Source of the DNA: Deltaproteobacteria bacterium
Lineage (GTDB): Bacteria; UBA10199; SPLOWO2-01-44-7
Reading direction: 5' to 3'
NCBI GenBank assembly: GCA_016213065.1
Contig: JACRBV010000119.1
Span: 1-41,899 of the forward strand
Length of the DNA: 41,899 bases
Every line of letters begins with the position of its first letter. The first letter of the stretch is position 1. A model generated the notes under the pieces. The model worked only from the letters and a program-made list of their open reading frames with translations. It had not been told where the DNA came from and made no database searches. This document shows positions 31,595-40,900 of this stretch, one piece after another. The position numbers and the translations under genes are program-made.

Positions 31595-33586
31595 TTAATC
31601 GTCCCATCTGCGCCCCTTTGGTTTTTTTCTTTTCTCCGGCGTTTTCGTTTTTCCCTTTTGTTCCACAATATCTTGTTCCCGAATACCTTGTGCTTGGACA
31701 ATGGGCGGTAGAGGAGCAATGCCCGGCAGGGTTTCATCACCGCTCATCAAGTGCGGAGTCAAAAGAACCACCAGTTCTTGTTTGGACATTTTGTCATTGG
31801 TGGAGCGAAAGAGATTTCCGGCCACGGGAATCCGTGAAAGCCCCGGAATACCTGAACGTGTTTTATTCCTCGAAAGTTGCATCAAGCCGCCGATCAGCAC
31901 CGTGGCACCATCTTTCACCATCACCACCGTATCGGCATTGGTTGTTTGCACAATGGGAATCTGGTCCCCCTGAGAGGTTGTCAGAAACCGCGATACATTG
32001 CTGATCTCGGGACGGATTTTCATCGTGATGAAACCATCATCGTTGATATGCGGCGTGACAAAAAGAGATACCCCCACATCAATAAAAGTAACATTTTGCG
32101 CCGTGGTGGTAGTGGACTGGCTCTGTGTAATGCTGGAGGTCGTATAGGCCTCCTTGGTCCCCACCATTATTTTGGCCTCCTGATCGTTGACCGCGGAAAT
32201 ATGGGGCGTGGACAAAATGCGGGTGTCACCGAAGGTCTCCAAAAATTTAAGAATTGCTCCCGAGTTGGAATAAGAGGAGGTAGTCACCCCTTTTGAATCC
32301 GTTGTCTTGGTCTCGGCAATGGATCCCGCAATAATCTGTCCGAAAGAGCTCAAGCCGGAGGGAAAAGTCTGCTGGAGTGTTGTTCCAAACACCTTTGCCC
32401 ATTCCACGCCGCTTTGATACTGATCGCCGAGCGTAATCTGAATGATCTTGGCCTCGATCATGACCTCCTGCGTTTTGGTGTCAAACGCGGTAACGACCTT
32501 TTTGATTTCTACCAGATTGAGCGGCAAATCCGAAACGACCAGTTTGTTGGTGCGTTCATCCACGTAAACCTTGCCAATTTCTTTGGTGAGAACGGGTGTA
32601 ATTTTTTCCGCCATTGTTTTCGCCTTCGCGTATTGAAGACTGAAAACCTCTGTTTGCGTCACGGGCATGCGGACCACGGAGGGCAGTTCCTCGTGACGGA
32701 TGACCTGTTCCATTTCTATTATCTTTTGTGGTGTATCCATCAGGACAACCGTTCCCGTGGAATCGTCATAGACAATGCGCCCCACATCGCTCTTCACATT
32801 TTCTAGCATGGCACCGATATTTTTGGCCGAGGCATACTGCAAACGGATGATTTTCGTCTCCCGCTGATCGTAAAACTGTTTTCCATACAGGGCCTTGTAT
32901 TCCTCTTCCGTCATCACCTGCATGATATTTTCCTTTAAATTGTAGGCCAGACGATGGGTGGAAAGAATAATATCCAGCGCGTCTCGAACGGTGACATTAT
33001 TCAAAAGGAGGCTCACGGTCCCCGTGATGTTTTTTCCTCCGGCGATGTTCAGGTTGCCCTTGATGGCAAGAAATTTGAGGACGTCCAGAATGTCCATGTC
33101 GCGCAGATCAAGGGATATTTTGGTGTCCAGCGTGGGGATTTCACCTTCCGCGGAAGGAGGAACCAGTTCTCCCCCTCCCATCACGGCCGGTTTTTTTGCC
33201 GTTTTTTCTTCCTCCGTTTTGGGTTTGTCCGCACCGCCGGAAGCCGGACCGGAAGGAGTTTGGACAGGAGGAGTTTGGGAAGCGGGAGTTTGAGAAGAGG
33301 GCTCCTGTTGCGCCGGAGGATTTTGCACGGCAGTTCCCCCAATGGGAGAAGAAGAGGTTGATGAAGTCCCTTGAACTCCCGTGCCGCCGATGGGCGATGG
33401 AGAAGGCTGTGCCGGCGCGGGTGCCGGTACCGGTGTCGTTGTCGTTGTTGTTGTCGTCGTTGTCGGCGCCGGCGTTGGTGTGGGCGCCAGTATCGTTTTG
33501 GGTGTTTCCGCGGATCTTATATCCTCCGCGACAGACGCAAAACACGCCAAAGAAACCACGGCGAAAAAAAACAATATCTTTTTCAC
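31595..33586 (-). CDS. Secretin, PilQ/GspD family
   Basis: Signal peptide MKKILFFFAVVSLACFASVA, with a GTG start at 33586 and AAGGAG 6 nt upstream. It has a ~110-aa Thr/Pro/Ser linker, an N0/STN-like domain (ISLDLRDMDILDVLKFLAIKGNLNIAGGKNITGTVSLLLNNVTVRDALDIIL) and secretin_N repeats. The C-terminal secretin domain reads ILSTPHISAVNDQEAKIMVG...TVVMVKDGATVLIGGLMQ...GIPGLSRIPVAGNLFR...ELVVLLTPHL. Confidence 0.9.
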   Translation of the reverse strand: MKKILFFFAVVSLACFASVAEDIRSAETPKTILAPTPTPAPTTTTTTTTTTPVPAPAPAQPSPSPIGGTGVQGTSSTSSSPIGGTAVQNPPAQQEPSSQTPASQTPPVQTPSGPASGGADKPKTEEEKTAKKPAVMGGGELVPPSAEGEIPTLDTKISLDLRDMDILDVLKFLAIKGNLNIAGGKNITGTVSLLLNNVTVRDALDIILSTHRLAYNLKENIMQVMTEEEYKALYGKQFYDQRETKIIRLQYASAKNIGAMLENVKSDVGRIVYDDSTGTVVLMDTPQKIIEMEQVIRHEELPSVVRMPVTQTEVFSLQYAKAKTMAEKITPVLTKEIGKVYVDERTNKLVVSDLPLNLVEIKKVVTAFDTKTQEVMIEAKIIQITLGDQYQSGVEWAKVFGTTLQQTFPSGLSSFGQIIAGSIAETKTTDSKGVTTSSYSNSGAILKFLETFGDTRILSTPHISAVNDQEAKIMVGTKEAYTTSSITQSQSTTTTAQNVTFIDVGVSLFVTPHINDDGFITMKIRPEISNVSRFLTTSQGDQIPIVQTTNADTVVMVKDGATVLIGGLMQLSRNKTRSGIPGLSRIPVAGNLFRSTNDKMSKQELVVLLTPHLMSGDETLPGIAPLPPIVQAQGIREQDIVEQKGKTKTPEKRKKPKGRRWDD

Positions 33587-34308
33587 ATCAACTCCTTGTT
33601 TTTGCCGCCATACTCCACCAAAACTTTGTCTTTGGAAATCTCCTTGATCTTGATTCCCTTAAACTGCTGATCTTTTTTTAAAAAATAAGTCCTGCCGTCG
33701 GCTTTGTCCCGAATCATCGCTTCGGGATATTCCCCCCACGCAATTCCCACCAGTTGCAAATCGCCTAAAATTTTATCCGCTCCGGCGGCCGATACGGTCG
33801 GTATGTTCTCCTCTTTTTTGGGTAATTCCCCCGGCCGGAAAAGACTTCTCTTCCCGGCATCTTTTAAATACATTTCAACGGATTCGAGAAGGGCGATGTT
33901 GCGTCCGCCCGATGGCGTATTGTGTTTGGCCACCCTTGCATAAACATCCTTGATATCCGATTTCAGCGCAAAAACATTGACCACAGAGGCAATCACAACA
34001 AGACCGATAACAATGGCCAGTCCCTTGTTGACCACGCCGAGATCAAAACACGGACGGGACAATCCCTCTTTAAATTGAAAAAACCAGTCCTGAGCTTTGC
34101 CAACGGTTCCTTTCAGGGCCGCTATCTTCAGCCACGATTTTTTTTCCGTCTCCGGTTCACCGCCGCTGTCGATCACTTGCAAAAGTTTTTCCTCCGCCGT
34201 CAATTTTTCCTGCTTCGAAAATTCTTCCACCGAAGTTTTTTCCTGCGGATTTTCTCCGCTGACAGCGTCAAACATTCCCTGAACAGGATTTTTTTTATCT
34301 TCCTCCAT
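33583..34308 (-). CDS. GspC/PilP-like inner-membrane secretin-coupling protein
   Basis: Cytoplasmic acidic N-terminus and a TM (GLAIVIGLVVIASVVNVFAL). The C-terminal beta-rich domain LQLVGIAWGEYPEAMIRDKADGRTYFLKKDQQFKGIKIKEISKDKVLVEYGGKNKEL resembles the HR domain of GspC/PilP. The stop overlaps the secretin GTG as GTGA. The track start at 34314 is a TTG; ATG 34308 is used. Confidence 0.55.
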   Translation of the reverse strand: MEEDKKNPVQGMFDAVSGENPQEKTSVEEFSKQEKLTAEEKLLQVIDSGGEPETEKKSWLKIAALKGTVGKAQDWFFQFKEGLSRPCFDLGVVNKGLAIVIGLVVIASVVNVFALKSDIKDVYARVAKHNTPSGGRNIALLESVEMYLKDAGKRSLFRPGELPKKEENIPTVSAAGADKILGDLQLVGIAWGEYPEAMIRDKADGRTYFLKKDQQFKGIKIKEISKDKVLVEYGGKNKELM

Positions 34309-35164
34309 CTTCAACTGGCTCCTGTTCTTTGGACGCGTTAAGGATGCGCTCTTCCTGAAGCACCATTTCCTGAACGATTTTGCGCGTCACCTCTTCTTTG
34401 TTTTCCATGACCAATTTTTCCAGAACATTGTGGCAAAGGAGCGTTACCTGTCTCGGATAACCCTGCGTATGTCGATGGATCTCTTCCATGGCTTCAGAAG
34501 CAAAAAGCGGTTTCTTTGCGTTGTAGCCCGCCTGCAGGAGGCGAAAATTAATCAGCTCCGTCATCTCTTCCAGCCCAAGGGGATTGAGCATGTATTTCAG
34601 ACTGATCCGGTCCCACAAGTTTTTGAGACGCGAAATTTTCGGCAAAAGCTCCAATTGCGACATGAGAACCAGCTGAAGGATTTTGTGCTCGTTGGTTTCG
34701 TAATTGAGCAGGGTGCGCAAAATTTCAAGAGAGGTCTTACTCAATTTCTGGGCCTCATCAATTAAAAGGACAATCGTCTTTTTTTCCTCCACCCCTCTTT
34801 GAAAAAGATTTTTTTCCAGAATATCGAAGTAATGAACGGTCGAGATGGGCTTTTGTGGAAGCTCTATATGAAAAGATTCCATGAGTTTTTCTAAAAATTC
34901 CTCCTCGGATTTGAAAACCGGATTGAGAAGGATGTGAAAATCGCAAGACGGCTCCTTGGAAAGCATTTGGTAGAGCCTCCGGCTCAGTGTGGTCTTTCCG
35001 GTGCCCACGTCTCCAAGGATGAGACTCAAACCCCGCTTGAGGCGGAGAGCGATTCGCAGGCGATACAGCGCCGCCTTGTGATCCCTCGCTTCATAAAAAA
35101 ACGCAGGATCAGGACTTGTGGAAAACGGCTCGTTCGCAAGCCCCAATACCTTATAATAACTCAT
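34295..35164 (-). CDS. ExeA/GspA/MshM-like AAA ATPase
   Basis: MSYYKVLGLANEPFSTSPDPAFFYEARDHKAALYRLRIALRLKRGLSLILGDVGTGKTTLSRRL... with Walker B IVLLIDEAQKL is the typical ExeA/MshM N-terminal ATPase. There is no peptidoglycan-binding domain. ATG 35164 overlaps the alpha-2 stop as ATGA. Confidence 0.8.
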   Translation of the reverse strand: MSYYKVLGLANEPFSTSPDPAFFYEARDHKAALYRLRIALRLKRGLSLILGDVGTGKTTLSRRLYQMLSKEPSCDFHILLNPVFKSEEEFLEKLMESFHIELPQKPISTVHYFDILEKNLFQRGVEEKKTIVLLIDEAQKLSKTSLEILRTLLNYETNEHKILQLVLMSQLELLPKISRLKNLWDRISLKYMLNPLGLEEMTELINFRLLQAGYNAKKPLFASEAMEEIHRHTQGYPRQVTLLCHNVLEKLVMENKEEVTRKIVQEMVLQEERILNASKEQEPVEDGGR

Positions 35165-36588
35165 GCCTGAATTCCCTCCAACGCCCCGCGTATCTCGGAC
35201 GTCATCTTTTTTTTCATGGCAATCTCTTTTAAAAGTCCCGGCTTTTGCTTTTCAACAACCTGCCTGACATTTCGTTTGAACAGGGATACCTGATCCGGTG
35301 TCAGGGCATTTAATTTCCCATGACGATGCAGGTAAAGTAGCACGACCTGCTCCTCCATGGCAACGGGGTTTGCCTTGTCCTGTTTCAAAAGTTCCGTAAG
35401 AATCCTTCCTGTTTTTAATTTGTCTCCCATCTCACCGGAATCTCCGGCCTTGATTTTTGTCAGGCGCTCCAGTTCCCTATACTGTACGTATTCCAGACGG
35501 AGCATGGCGGAGAGTTCCCGAACGGCCGGCCACTGCACCTTGTTTCCCACGCGTGACACGGAGAGCCCAAGGTCCACGGCCGGTTTAAAACCGTGACTAA
35601 AAAGTTCCGCGTTCAAATAAATTTGTCCGTCCGTCATCGAAATAAGATTGGAGGGAATATAGCCGGTGACATCACCCTGAAGGGTGTCCACGACCGGCAA
35701 AAAAGTCATCGAACCGCCGCCCCTTTCGGACCCTAGTTTTCCGGCGCGTTCAATCATCTGGGAATGGAGATAAAAAATATCCCCCGGATAGGCATCGCGC
35801 CCCGGAAATCGTCCCAAAAGAAGGGAGAGCTGGCGGTAAATCCACGCGTGTTTGGTGAAATCATCAAAGGCCACCAAAACATCCCGACCCTTGTTCATGA
35901 AATGCTCTCCCATGCCAGCGGCCGCGTAGGGAGCCAGATACTGCTGGCCCGGAGGACTGGAAGCCGTTGCGGAAACCACAAGAGTGTATTCCATGGCGCC
36001 ATGCCGTTCGAACAAACGCATCACTCGGGCCAATTGAGCCTTTGTCTTTCCGATACAGCAATAGATGCAAAGGACATTTTTTCCTTTTTGATTAAGGATG
36101 ATGTCCGTCACGATAGTGGTTTTGCCGGTCATCCGGTCTCCGATGATGAGCTGGCGCTGTCCCTTGCCCAAGGGGATCATCGTATCGAGAATTTTGATGC
36201 CGGTTTCCAAGGGCTCATCGAGAGGCACACGCTCCAAAACGGACGGGGCCTCAGCAAAAAGAGGACGGAATTCCGTGTTTGAGTCGCTTCTATAATTAAG
36301 CGCTTCCTCGCTTTCTCCCAGCGCATTAACCACCCGGCCGATCAGCCAATCCCCGGTCGGCACTTCAAACGATTCCAGTCTTGTATATGCCTTGTCCCCC
36401 GCCTTGATTGTCCCTTTTTCCTTGAGCAAAAGGACAAGGACATCCTCTTTGTCAAATCCCATGATCATGCCAAGGGAATTGTCCATGAAATAAATTTTCT
36501 GACCGTTCATGCAGGAAGAAAGGCCCCTGATCTTGACGATGGATTTTTCCACCGCCCTCACCTCGCCGTATTCTTTGAAGTGTAACAT
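35161..36588 (-). CDS. atpA: F-type ATPase alpha subunit, paralogue 2 (475 aa)
   Basis: ...VPTGDWLIGRVVNALGES..., P-loop GDRMTGKTTIVTDIILNQ, VLCIYCCIGKT, LVAFDDFTKHAWIYRQLSLLLGRFPGRDAYPGDIFYLHSQMIERAGKL, ISMTDGQIYL, GLSVSRVG. By eye it is roughly half or more identical to paralogue 1. SD GAGGAAAAG lies before ATG 36588. Confidence 0.9.
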   Translation of the reverse strand: MLHFKEYGEVRAVEKSIVKIRGLSSCMNGQKIYFMDNSLGMIMGFDKEDVLVLLLKEKGTIKAGDKAYTRLESFEVPTGDWLIGRVVNALGESEEALNYRSDSNTEFRPLFAEAPSVLERVPLDEPLETGIKILDTMIPLGKGQRQLIIGDRMTGKTTIVTDIILNQKGKNVLCIYCCIGKTKAQLARVMRLFERHGAMEYTLVVSATASSPPGQQYLAPYAAAGMGEHFMNKGRDVLVAFDDFTKHAWIYRQLSLLLGRFPGRDAYPGDIFYLHSQMIERAGKLGSERGGGSMTFLPVVDTLQGDVTGYIPSNLISMTDGQIYLNAELFSHGFKPAVDLGLSVSRVGNKVQWPAVRELSAMLRLEYVQYRELERLTKIKAGDSGEMGDKLKTGRILTELLKQDKANPVAMEEQVVLLYLHRHGKLNALTPDQVSLFKRNVRQVVEKQKPGLLKEIAMKKKMTSEIRGALEGIQA

Positions 36589-36595
36589 CTTTTCC

Positions 36596-37975
36596 TCACA
36601 CTTTTTTGTATTGCGTTACGGGACCTCTACCGACTCTTCGCAGGTAACCCTCACCAGTCAGTTTTTCAAGAAGGTATTTCGCGGTCGTGGAACCAATACC
36701 GCATAAGCTTTCGACTTGACGGCGCGAGATCAGTTCGCTGGCTTCAAAATAATCATCCAGTATTTTTTTTGCGTCGCCTTTTGAAGAAAGTTTTTTTTGA
36801 CGATAAAAAATAACCTTAAACTGATCCGAATTAACGATGAATTCGGGCGGCGGATTTCCATTTGCCTTCAATAAATGTTTCATCATGCTTATCCCCTGAC
36901 CCAGTTCCTCTGTTAAGCCCATAATTAACAACGCATGCATGATTTTTGGATTGCGCGAATAATGACGCTTGTCGATATTTTCCAGAGTGATGGTACCCGG
37001 TAAATTTCCGGCACTTATCACTTCAAGTCTGTCCGGATAGATACGGCATTCGTTTTTCAGGCCCGCAATGCGATAATCCCTGTGGGCCACAGCGTTGACA
37101 ATAACCTCTCTTACTGCGTCTTCGGGATATATATATCTTTCCTGCCTTTTTACTCCTCTTACCCCTTCAGTTATCTTGTTGCAGGGTCTTATCAACTCCA
37201 TGAGCCTTTCAAGCAATTTCGCCGCGGGGGCGGACAAATCTTCCCTGTAAGAATACATCCTGCCTTCAACATCGTATTTGACGAACGTAAAATCTCTCTG
37301 TAGCAGAATTTGTTCGTGTTCTTTTCCAAACAAAATGAATGCACCGGCCTTTATTTTGAATTCACCCCGATCGCGTTTCGCCAAACCCATCTTTATCAAT
37401 AATCCCTCTTCATCCAAACCTCCCATGACAGCCGAAACTTTTTTTCGGGCAAGATAGTATTCATCAAGCGCGGTTCGATCTATTACTTCTATTCCGGCAG
37501 GCAGAACGCTTTCTTCGAAAGAAACCTGCGACTTCGATTCGGCAAGTCGCAATAATTCTTCCCCTACTATCCTTTTGTCCTGCGTTCCGACACGAATATA
37601 AGTATGGCCGGATGAAACGGAATGCAAATGTCCGCTTTTTTCCACCGTCAGCTTCAAAACTATTTTTCCTTCCGCCGTTATTTCATTCAAGAAAATCGGA
37701 ATCGGGGGAATACAAACCTCTCTTGCAGTATTTTGTATATTATCCAGCAAAAGCGGCGTTATCTTTACACCGCGTATCTGTCGGTTATCGGTCACTCCTA
37801 TGTACACGCTTCCCCCATCCGTATTGGCAAAGGCCGAGAGAGTTTTTGCCAGCTCCTTTACGCTAATAGCACCTTTAAACTCTTTGAATTCAACTAGATA
37901 TCCCTCTTCCCATGGGATGTTATTTTCTGCCTCACGCATATCTGATTTTATAGTCAATCGGTCAGAATCGGTCAA
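36596..37975 (-). CDS. AlbA_2 (Schlafen-type) + HATPase_c_4 + wHTH protein; putative transcriptional regulator (RecG-C-terminal-like)
   Basis: EGYLVEFKEFKGAISVKELAKTLSAFANTDGGSVYIGVTDNRQIRGV is the AlbA_2/divergent-AAA signature. The middle ...REVIVNAVAHRDYRIAGLKNECRIYPDRLEVISAGNLPG is HATPase_c_4-like. The C-terminal part is winged-helix-like. The track start at 37975 is a TTG; the alternative is ATG 37939. Confidence 0.7.
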   Translation of the reverse strand: MTDSDRLTIKSDMREAENNIPWEEGYLVEFKEFKGAISVKELAKTLSAFANTDGGSVYIGVTDNRQIRGVKITPLLLDNIQNTAREVCIPPIPIFLNEITAEGKIVLKLTVEKSGHLHSVSSGHTYIRVGTQDKRIVGEELLRLAESKSQVSFEESVLPAGIEVIDRTALDEYYLARKKVSAVMGGLDEEGLLIKMGLAKRDRGEFKIKAGAFILFGKEHEQILLQRDFTFVKYDVEGRMYSYREDLSAPAAKLLERLMELIRPCNKITEGVRGVKRQERYIYPEDAVREVIVNAVAHRDYRIAGLKNECRIYPDRLEVISAGNLPGTITLENIDKRHYSRNPKIMHALLIMGLTEELGQGISMMKHLLKANGNPPPEFIVNSDQFKVIFYRQKKLSSKGDAKKILDDYFEASELISRRQVESLCGIGSTTAKYLLEKLTGEGYLRRVGRGPVTQYKKV

Positions 37976-37993
37976 TTTGAAAATTAATCGGTC
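37956..37993. promoter_or_regulatory. Three phased AATCGGTC direct repeats at the 5' end of the AlbA_2-regulator gene (candidate operator)
   Basis: AATCGGTC occurs at 37956-37963, 37966-37973 and 37986-37993, with start-to-start spacings of 10 and 20 nt. The repeats span the TTG 37975 start and lie upstream of ATG 37939. Confidence 0.3.
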
Positions 37994-37994
37994 G

Positions 37995-40900
37995 TTATTT
38001 TATTTCTTCCACTTTGACGCTTTTTTCTGCGCGGACTTGTGCCCACCAGAGGACGAAGAAGAGAAAACTGATGACTCCAAGGAAACCGACGATGACAAAA
38101 ATAATCCGCCATGTTGTGCTTGTTGCGGGTGCCCCGCCGGCAAAGATGGATTCGGCAACCATTTTAAGGGCCTCGGAGCCTTTGGGACCGCCCGGCCCCT
38201 CTCCGGATCCGCCGCCCACACCAACGGATCCACCGGCACTCCCTCCCGCACCACCCCTGCCCGCCGCAACATAGGCAACCTTTCCCAACCCCAAATCCTT
38301 GGCCTGCACGCCGGGCGCCACGGTAATCAACCCCGCCATTTTTTCCAGCTTGTCGATCCTGTTTTTGATTGTCTCCAAAAAGGAAAGGCTTTGATGAAAA
38401 ATTTCCACATGTTCCCCAAGCCCTGATTCTTTTCCCTGATTTTGTCTCAGACCCGAAACGCCCTCCACAATTTCTTTGCTCAAAAGGTTGGCCTCTTCGC
38501 TGAATGTCGTTCCATCAAGGGCTTTGGCAAGGGCTTTGGCGCGTTCCTGAATTCCCAAGAGTACGCCTTCCGGCAGTCTCCAAATGTCCCGAAGAATCAC
38601 TTCAAAAATCTTGATGTCCGCCGGTTTCAAATCCACCGCGTCTTTGTAAAGATAAAGTCTGCCCTGTTCCAGATCGTGAAGGACTTCCAGAAGGCCTCTG
38701 TCCAGAACGTCTTTTTCGAGCACTTCTTTGGGAAGATAGTGTTTGACGGCGATTCTTGTGGCTTCCGTCTGAGAGGGGTTTTTGACTTCCACTTTTAAAG
38801 TAACCTTCTCGACTTCAGTCGTGCCGCTACCTTCCTGACCTTCCGAAGTTTCACCCAAACCGAGCGTGGCACCCTCCACCCAACGTCCCATGTCCCCTTC
38901 CGCACCTTCACCCGCGTTTTTTCCGGGAAAACCCGAAGGTCCGCCGGGGCCGCCCGGTCCCTCTCCGGAACCACCACCTGCCCCGCCGCCTTTCTTGAAT
39001 CCCATCCCCTCACCGGCCAGTTTTTCAAGGAAGGCCGTATCTTTTTTGATCTCTTGGAAGACAAGAAGATTTTTGCGGTGAACCTCGATGTGTTTGGCAG
39101 GGCCCACGTCTTCATCCTGACTTGTGAGGATATTATCCAAACGGGTCTGAATGGTTTCGCCCAGTTTCTTGGCCGCCTCAGAATATTTCCAATTGTCCTT
39201 CAGCAGTTTAACCAGCTCCGACGCGTAACCTTTCTGGAAGGTGATTTCCCCATCAGGAATCCGCCAGATATCCTGTAGCCGGACCTGCAAAACTTTTTCT
39301 TCCGCGGGTTTTAATGTTGTTTCGCCATAGGCTTCGTAAATTCCCTTTTCAGCATTGAAGCCCACTTTCAAATCACCCGCATCCATGACGGATTCCCTCG
39401 TCGCCTCTTTCGGCAGAGGGATTCTAACCGGCACCGTAAAGCTTTCCTCCTTGGAAGGATTCACAATGAGGACTTTGAGGAGCACGGAACCCGATTCGTA
39501 CCAAGTTTTGACCACCGGCGCTTCGAAACCCTTCTGCTGTTTGGCCATCGTTGTTAAGACATCCAACATGGCCTTCACCCGCTCAATTTGATCCTGCAAG
39601 GATTTAACGTCCGCGGCCGTGGCCGGTTGAGCCAATTTTTCCATCCCGGGATGACCTTGGGACGCGGCCATCTCACCCACTTTGGCCATCGCCTCGGTAA
39701 GTCCCGTCTTCAGAGAATCCGTCGAAACACCGCTGGCAATTTTCGTAACATCCGATTGAACTTTTCCTAATTTATCGCTTAAGGAAGTCAGGGCCGACTT
39801 TGTCGCGTCGCTCGACGAGCCAGTTGTTGTCAGTGCCGCCTTGGCTTCTTCCGCGGCTGATGCGGCCCGTGAGGCCGTCGAACTCGCGTTGGAGGCATAA
39901 GTTGACGCGTTGGTGGCATCTTTCCCGATTGTGGTGAGACTGCCGGAAACACCGGCGATTTTTCCAAATACGCTGGAAGAGGAAGAAGAATCTGAGGCGC
40001 CACCCAAAAGCGATGTTACCGAGGAAAGCGCCGTGTTGATAGTGCCGGTATCCACGCTGAGACCGCTGTTGATTTTTGTGAGAATGCTGTCAATGTTTGT
40101 TTTTGCCGAAGACAGATTTGTTGAGAGCGTACTTGCGGCGGTGTTTACCGTGCCAACGGTCGTTGTCAAACTATCCAGACTGGTATCAAGTGTATTGACG
40201 TTGGTGTTGACGGAGAGCATGCCTCGAAGCAGAGTGTCCAGTTTGTAATTTAGACTGCCTACGACATCACCGCTGACCCCTCCCACCTCCGTACCCACTG
40301 TGGTAACTTTTGTGCCGAGTTCGGTACCCACTGTGGTAACTTTCGTCCCAAGTTCGGTACCCATTGTGCCGAGCTCGCTTCTAACCGTGGTCACTTTTGT
40401 GCCCACTTGATCCACGTAATCCTTGAGAAGACGCAAATCCTCGTACATGGAACCACCGCCGGCCGCGCCTTCCTCATAGCCGAACTTTTCTTGCAATTCG
40501 GTGACTTTATCGTAGGCACCCATCGTCTGTGTGAACAATTCATCCGCAGTCTTCGTTCCCCACTTGTTCTTCACATCCTTCACCAATCCAAAAACGGTAT
40601 TGCTGTAGGCGGGATCTTCGGGAGATCCCATCATGCCCCTAAGATTCGCCAGATCGGCCGTTGCCATGCCTACCTCCGACCAGTCAATCATGTCGGTCTT
40701 CATTTTGATGCCGGTGATGCTGTTCCAGTCAATCGTACCAGTCTTCGTCTTAATGGTTGCAACATCCGCCCAGTTGATGGGATCCGTTTTCTGCTGGATG
40801 GTACCGGCTTTGGTCACAATATCCGTCACGTCCGCCCAGTTAATACTCTGCGTCTTCGTCTTGATGGCCGCGATGTTGCCGGTGCCGATCTCGTTGACCA

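Noticed and set aside
33141-33681. ORFs with poly-V, CRC-rich or N/D-rich peptides overlapping the 5' part of the secretin gene
   Set aside because: These are frame and strand shadows of the Thr/Pro-rich linker and its GTY trinucleotide run.
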